Positions 27,514-30,622 of a DNA stretch of 30,622 nt are shown here, piece by piece. The notes below the pieces were generated by a model. That model ran no database searches, was not told where the DNA came from, and was given only the letters and a program-made list of their open reading frames with translations. A program made the translations under genes and the position numbers. Each line of letters opens with the position of its first letter. Position 1 is the stretch's first letter. Origin of the DNA: Dehalococcoidia bacterium (GTDB lineage Bacteria; Chloroflexota; Dehalococcoidia; GIF9; AB-539-J10); assembly GCA_041551495.1 (NCBI GenBank), contig JBFEMR010000001.1, forward strand, positions 1-30,622, read 5' to 3'.

Positions 27514-27735
27514 ATGGCTCAAGAAATAATTGAGGCACCACTACCAGGGAAAATAATACGTGTTGAGGTAACTGTGGGGAATACAGTTGAAGAGGGTGGC
27601 GTGATTTGCACCATAGAAGCAATGAAAATGGAAAATCCTATATTATCTCCAGCAAAAGCCTCAGTTATAGAGGTAGCAGTTTCACCAGGACAAATAGTTA
27701 AGACCGGGGAAAAGATAGCCGTTATCGATTATTAG
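27514..27735 (+). CDS. Stand-alone biotin carboxyl carrier (biotinyl-domain) protein
   Basis: 73 aa; APLPGKI...IEAMKMEN...V..GQ.V..G with the AMKM biotin-attachment motif. Confidence 0.92.
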   Translation: MAQEIIEAPLPGKIIRVEVTVGNTVEEGGVICTIEAMKMENPILSPAKASVIEVAVSPGQIVKTGEKIAVIDY

Positions 27736-27753
27736 GCATCTTAGCCAAGGGAC

Positions 27754-29199
27754 TTGAAATCTAGCAATCAGGGTAAATCCAAATTTAAAAATGTTTTCAT
27801 TTGTCAGCAATGTGGCAAGGAAAGCCCCAAGTGGTTAGGGCGGTGCCCTGATTGTCAAGCATGGAATAGCTTCATAGAAACTAGGGTCACTTTATCCCGG
27901 ACTCCCAGCCAGCTTTCCCCTACAGGGAATAAACCTCAGGAACTTTCCCAAGTAACTAAGGGTGACTTTCCTCGCTTTCACCTTGGTTTTACCGAAGTAA
28001 ATCGAGTTCTGGGAGGTGGTTTAGTACCGGGCTCTCTGGTGCTTGTTGGTGGCGAGCCGGGGATAGGCAAATCTACGCTCTTACTTCAGATTTCAGCTAT
28101 GATGGCCAAGAATAATAGATCCGTCGCCTATATCTCTGGTGAAGAATCTATTAATCAGGTTAAACTTAGAAGTGAGCGCCTCGGTATAGGAGGCAAGGGG
28201 ATATACTTTCTCTCTGAGCCCGATTTAGCTGCCGTATTAGATAGCTTGGACGAACTTTCACCAGAATTGGCGATTGTCGATTCTATACAGACTATGTATT
28301 CAGAAGATGTAGCTGGGATGCCGGGCAGTCTTTCCCAAGTAAGGGAGTGCACTTGGAGGTTGGAGAGATGGGCAAAACAGAACGATATACCCCTATTAAT
28401 GACTGGGCATGTAACCAAAGAAGGGACTATCGCAGGTCCAGGAACATTGGAACATATCGTTGACGTGGTACTTTACTTTGAAGGCGAACCATTTAGTAGT
28501 TACCGGGTGCTACGCAGTGTAAAAAACCGTTTCGGCTCCACTCATGAAGTGGGAATATTCGAAATGAGCGATAGAGGACTGATAGAAGTGGGTAATCCGT
28601 CTCAAGTTTTCTTATCAGCATACAAGGATGGAACTATGGGCTCAGTGGCTGTGCCCACTCTTGAAGGAAATCGTCCCTTATTGGTGGAAATTCAGGCTTT
28701 GACTACCCCTAACAGCTTCACCCCGCCGAGGCGCATCGCTAACGGCATCGATTTTAATCGGCTGTTATTGATAATTGCTGTGCTTACTAAGCGTGCTGGC
28801 TTAAAGCTTTTCAACCAGGATATTATAGTTAACGTTACTGGTGGCTTAAGGGTTAATGAGCCAGCGGTTGATCTAGGAATCGCCTCAGCCATTGCTTCCA
28901 GTTTTCGTGATGTAAGGCCAATTTCATGGTTAGTTGCTTTGGGAGAGGTGGGGTTAAATGGAGAGCTTAGAGGGGTATCACATCTAGAAAGAAGAATTGC
29001 TGAAGCCATCAGGTTGGGCTTTAAATCCTGCCTTATGCCTAGGCTTGTCCCTACCATTGCGAGCGAACTTAAACAATCCTTTAACCCTGCGGACATTAAC
29101 TTAATCGAGGTTAGCTCGATAGATGAAGCTCTTAGGCGAGGACTTAAATGGGAAAGTAAGATGCGAAATGAAAAGGGCAAAAATACAGGGCAAGAATAA
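27754..29199 (+). CDS. radA: DNA repair protein RadA/Sms
   Basis: CQQCG...CPDC zinc finger, GGEPGIGKST, VDSIQ, KNRFG and a Lon-like C-terminal domain (GEVGL.GELR). Confidence 0.98.
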   Translation: MKSSNQGKSKFKNVFICQQCGKESPKWLGRCPDCQAWNSFIETRVTLSRTPSQLSPTGNKPQELSQVTKGDFPRFHLGFTEVNRVLGGGLVPGSLVLVGGEPGIGKSTLLLQISAMMAKNNRSVAYISGEESINQVKLRSERLGIGGKGIYFLSEPDLAAVLDSLDELSPELAIVDSIQTMYSEDVAGMPGSLSQVRECTWRLERWAKQNDIPLLMTGHVTKEGTIAGPGTLEHIVDVVLYFEGEPFSSYRVLRSVKNRFGSTHEVGIFEMSDRGLIEVGNPSQVFLSAYKDGTMGSVAVPTLEGNRPLLVEIQALTTPNSFTPPRRIANGIDFNRLLLIIAVLTKRAGLKLFNQDIIVNVTGGLRVNEPAVDLGIASAIASSFRDVRPISWLVALGEVGLNGELRGVSHLERRIAEAIRLGFKSCLMPRLVPTIASELKQSFNPADINLIEVSSIDEALRRGLKWESKMRNEKGKNTGQE

Positions 29200-29275
29200 A
29201 TTATTCTACATCATGATTTATCATATTAATTTTTTTTTCTTTGACTTTTAAAGTTTAGGAGTAAAATTAATAGAT

Positions 29276-29968
29276 TTGAATCTCGGATCTAATAAGTTGG
29301 GCGTAGTGATAGTCGCTGCCGGAACCAGCCAGCGAATGGGAGGTATAAACAAGCTTTTTGCTTCTCTAATGAGGAAACCTTTACTGGCTTGGTCCGTGGA
29401 TACTTGCGAGGGATACAGCTCAATTCAGCAGATAGTCCTGGTATTGAATAATAAGGATCTAGCACAAGGGCGGAAGTTGAAAAAAGAGAGGAACTGGTCC
29501 AAAGTTGCTTTATGTCTGGGTGGTGCGCGGCGACAGGATTCGGTGAAGGCAGGACTGAAGCAAATAGAGGATTGCGATTTAGTCATGATTCATGATGGAG
29601 GCAGACCTTTCTTGACTTCAGATTTAATAGAAGATGGGCTGAAGGTAGTTCGGGAGACTGGGGCCGCTGTCGCCGCAGTGCCGATTAAAGATACTATCAA
29701 GCTTGCTAATGATGAAAGATTGACTGGGAAAACTATTCAGCGTGATAGGCTATGGGCAGCACAAACTCCACAGATATTCAGCTTTGATGTGATAACTAGG
29801 GCTTATGAGAACCTTGTCGCAGAGGTTACCGATGATGCAACTGCGGTGGAACGCTTGGGACGCAAGGTACAGCTTTATATGGGCGATTATAGAAATATAA
29901 AGGTGACAACAACTGAAGATTTGCAATTAGCACGTATTATTGCAAGAAAATGGAAAGAGACAAATTAA
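29276..29968 (+). CDS. ispD: 2-C-methyl-D-erythritol 4-phosphate cytidylyltransferase
   Basis: VAAGTSQRMG..NK, GGARRQDSV, IHDGGRP, DTIK, QTPQ, TDDA and NIKVTT.EDL. Confidence 0.96.
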   Translation: MNLGSNKLGVVIVAAGTSQRMGGINKLFASLMRKPLLAWSVDTCEGYSSIQQIVLVLNNKDLAQGRKLKKERNWSKVALCLGGARRQDSVKAGLKQIEDCDLVMIHDGGRPFLTSDLIEDGLKVVRETGAAVAAVPIKDTIKLANDERLTGKTIQRDRLWAAQTPQIFSFDVITRAYENLVAEVTDDATAVERLGRKVQLYMGDYRNIKVTTTEDLQLARIIARKWKETN

Positions 29969-30435
29969 GAATCGGCACTGGCTTTGACTGCCATCCCCTG
30001 GTTTCGGGGCGAGGGTTAATTTTGGGAGGCGTCGATATCCCTTATGGCAAGGGTTTGTCGGGCTGGAGTGATGCTGATGTAGTAGTTCATGCCATGATAG
30101 ATGCTTTATGTGGTGCTGCTAATCTGAGTGACATCGGCACCCTATTCCCATCTCAAGAAGCGCAGTATAAAAATGTTTCAAGCCTACTTTTATTAGGTAA
30201 AACCAATGAACTGCTTAAAACCAAAGGATTCAGGATTGTTAACATTGACGTTACCATCATAGCTCAAAGCCCGAAACTTTCACTTTTCATTCCTGAGATG
30301 AGAATAAGAATAGGTCAGGTCTTAGGAATAGATTCAACACAAATAACGATCAAGGCCACCACCACCAATGGTTTGGGCTTCATAGGTCGAGAAGAGGGAA
30401 TAGCTGCTCAATCTGTCGCTTTGATCCAAAGGTAA
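29950..30435 (+). CDS. ispF: 2-C-methyl-D-erythritol 2,4-cyclodiphosphate synthase
   Basis: RIGTGFDCH, LILGGV, SDADVVVHA..DAL.GAA...DIG..FP, KATTT and EGIAA. Overlaps ispD by 19 nt. Confidence 0.96.
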   Translation: MERDKLRIGTGFDCHPLVSGRGLILGGVDIPYGKGLSGWSDADVVVHAMIDALCGAANLSDIGTLFPSQEAQYKNVSSLLLLGKTNELLKTKGFRIVNIDVTIIAQSPKLSLFIPEMRIRIGQVLGIDSTQITIKATTTNGLGFIGREEGIAAQSVALIQR

Positions 30436-30506
30436 AGCGCTAGTGTGTTTGTTGGCCTGATCGCTAACCACCTTGGGTATACTTTAAAAGGCGAAATGAA
30501 GAGCAA

Positions 30507-30622
30507 ATGATTATTGTCGGTCTGACAGGAAGTGTAGGCACGGGCAAAAGCACGGTAGCCAATTTTTTTAAAGAACTGGGGGCTTATGTAATTGATTGGG
30601 ATGAGCTTGCCCGGGAGGTAAC
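30507..30622 (+). CDS. coaE: Dephospho-CoA kinase, N-terminal fragment (runs off the window edge; not in the ORF track)
   Basis: [38 protein letters not shown] matches the CoaE start GLTGxxGxGKS...G...IDxD..AR. Confidence 0.9.
   Translation, partial: MIIVGLTGSVGTGKSTVANFFKELGAYVIDWDELAREV

Noticed and set aside
1470-29180. The many short ORF-track entries nested in or antisense to long genes (e.g. 1470..1688, 5353..5613, 13145..13528, 25366..25884, 28692..29180)
   Set aside because: They overlap confidently identified genes on the opposite strand or in shifted frames, lack SD sequences and show no family motifs; they are typical shadow ORFs.

Overview
Mostly core chromosomal DNA (roughly 40-45% GC by eye) from a bacterium that is probably in Chloroflexota/Dehalococcoidia; this placement is inferred from the gene set (DUF5679-type zinc mini-protein, clpC-radA-ispD-ispF order, multi-PAS kinase) and was not tested by any search. 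Housekeeping genes: acyP, pepA, uvrB, gltX, leuS, proC, coaD, rsmD, clpC, radA, ispD, ispF, partial coaE and a YfhL-type ferredoxin. Accessory-looking modules: (i) a minus-strand operon encoding a tiny MerR/BldC/Xis-like HTH protein, a soluble five-PAS histidine kinase and a REC/HD-GYP regulator whose GYP loop is replaced; (ii) a lysine-6-dehydrogenase/saccharopine-dehydrogenase-like gene in front of a Kor-type 2-oxoacid:ferredoxin oxidoreductase with a fused gamma-delta subunit; (iii) an AT-richer methyltransferase plus radical SAM pair after proC; (iv) a lone biotin-carrier protein inside the clpC-radA operon. A 47-aa zinc-finger gene (12518..12661) and the start of coaE (30507 onward) are missing from the supplied ORF track. 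I found no rRNA, tRNA, CRISPR array, transposase or intact integrase. No system is proven novel from sequence alone; the findings are ranked hypotheses.
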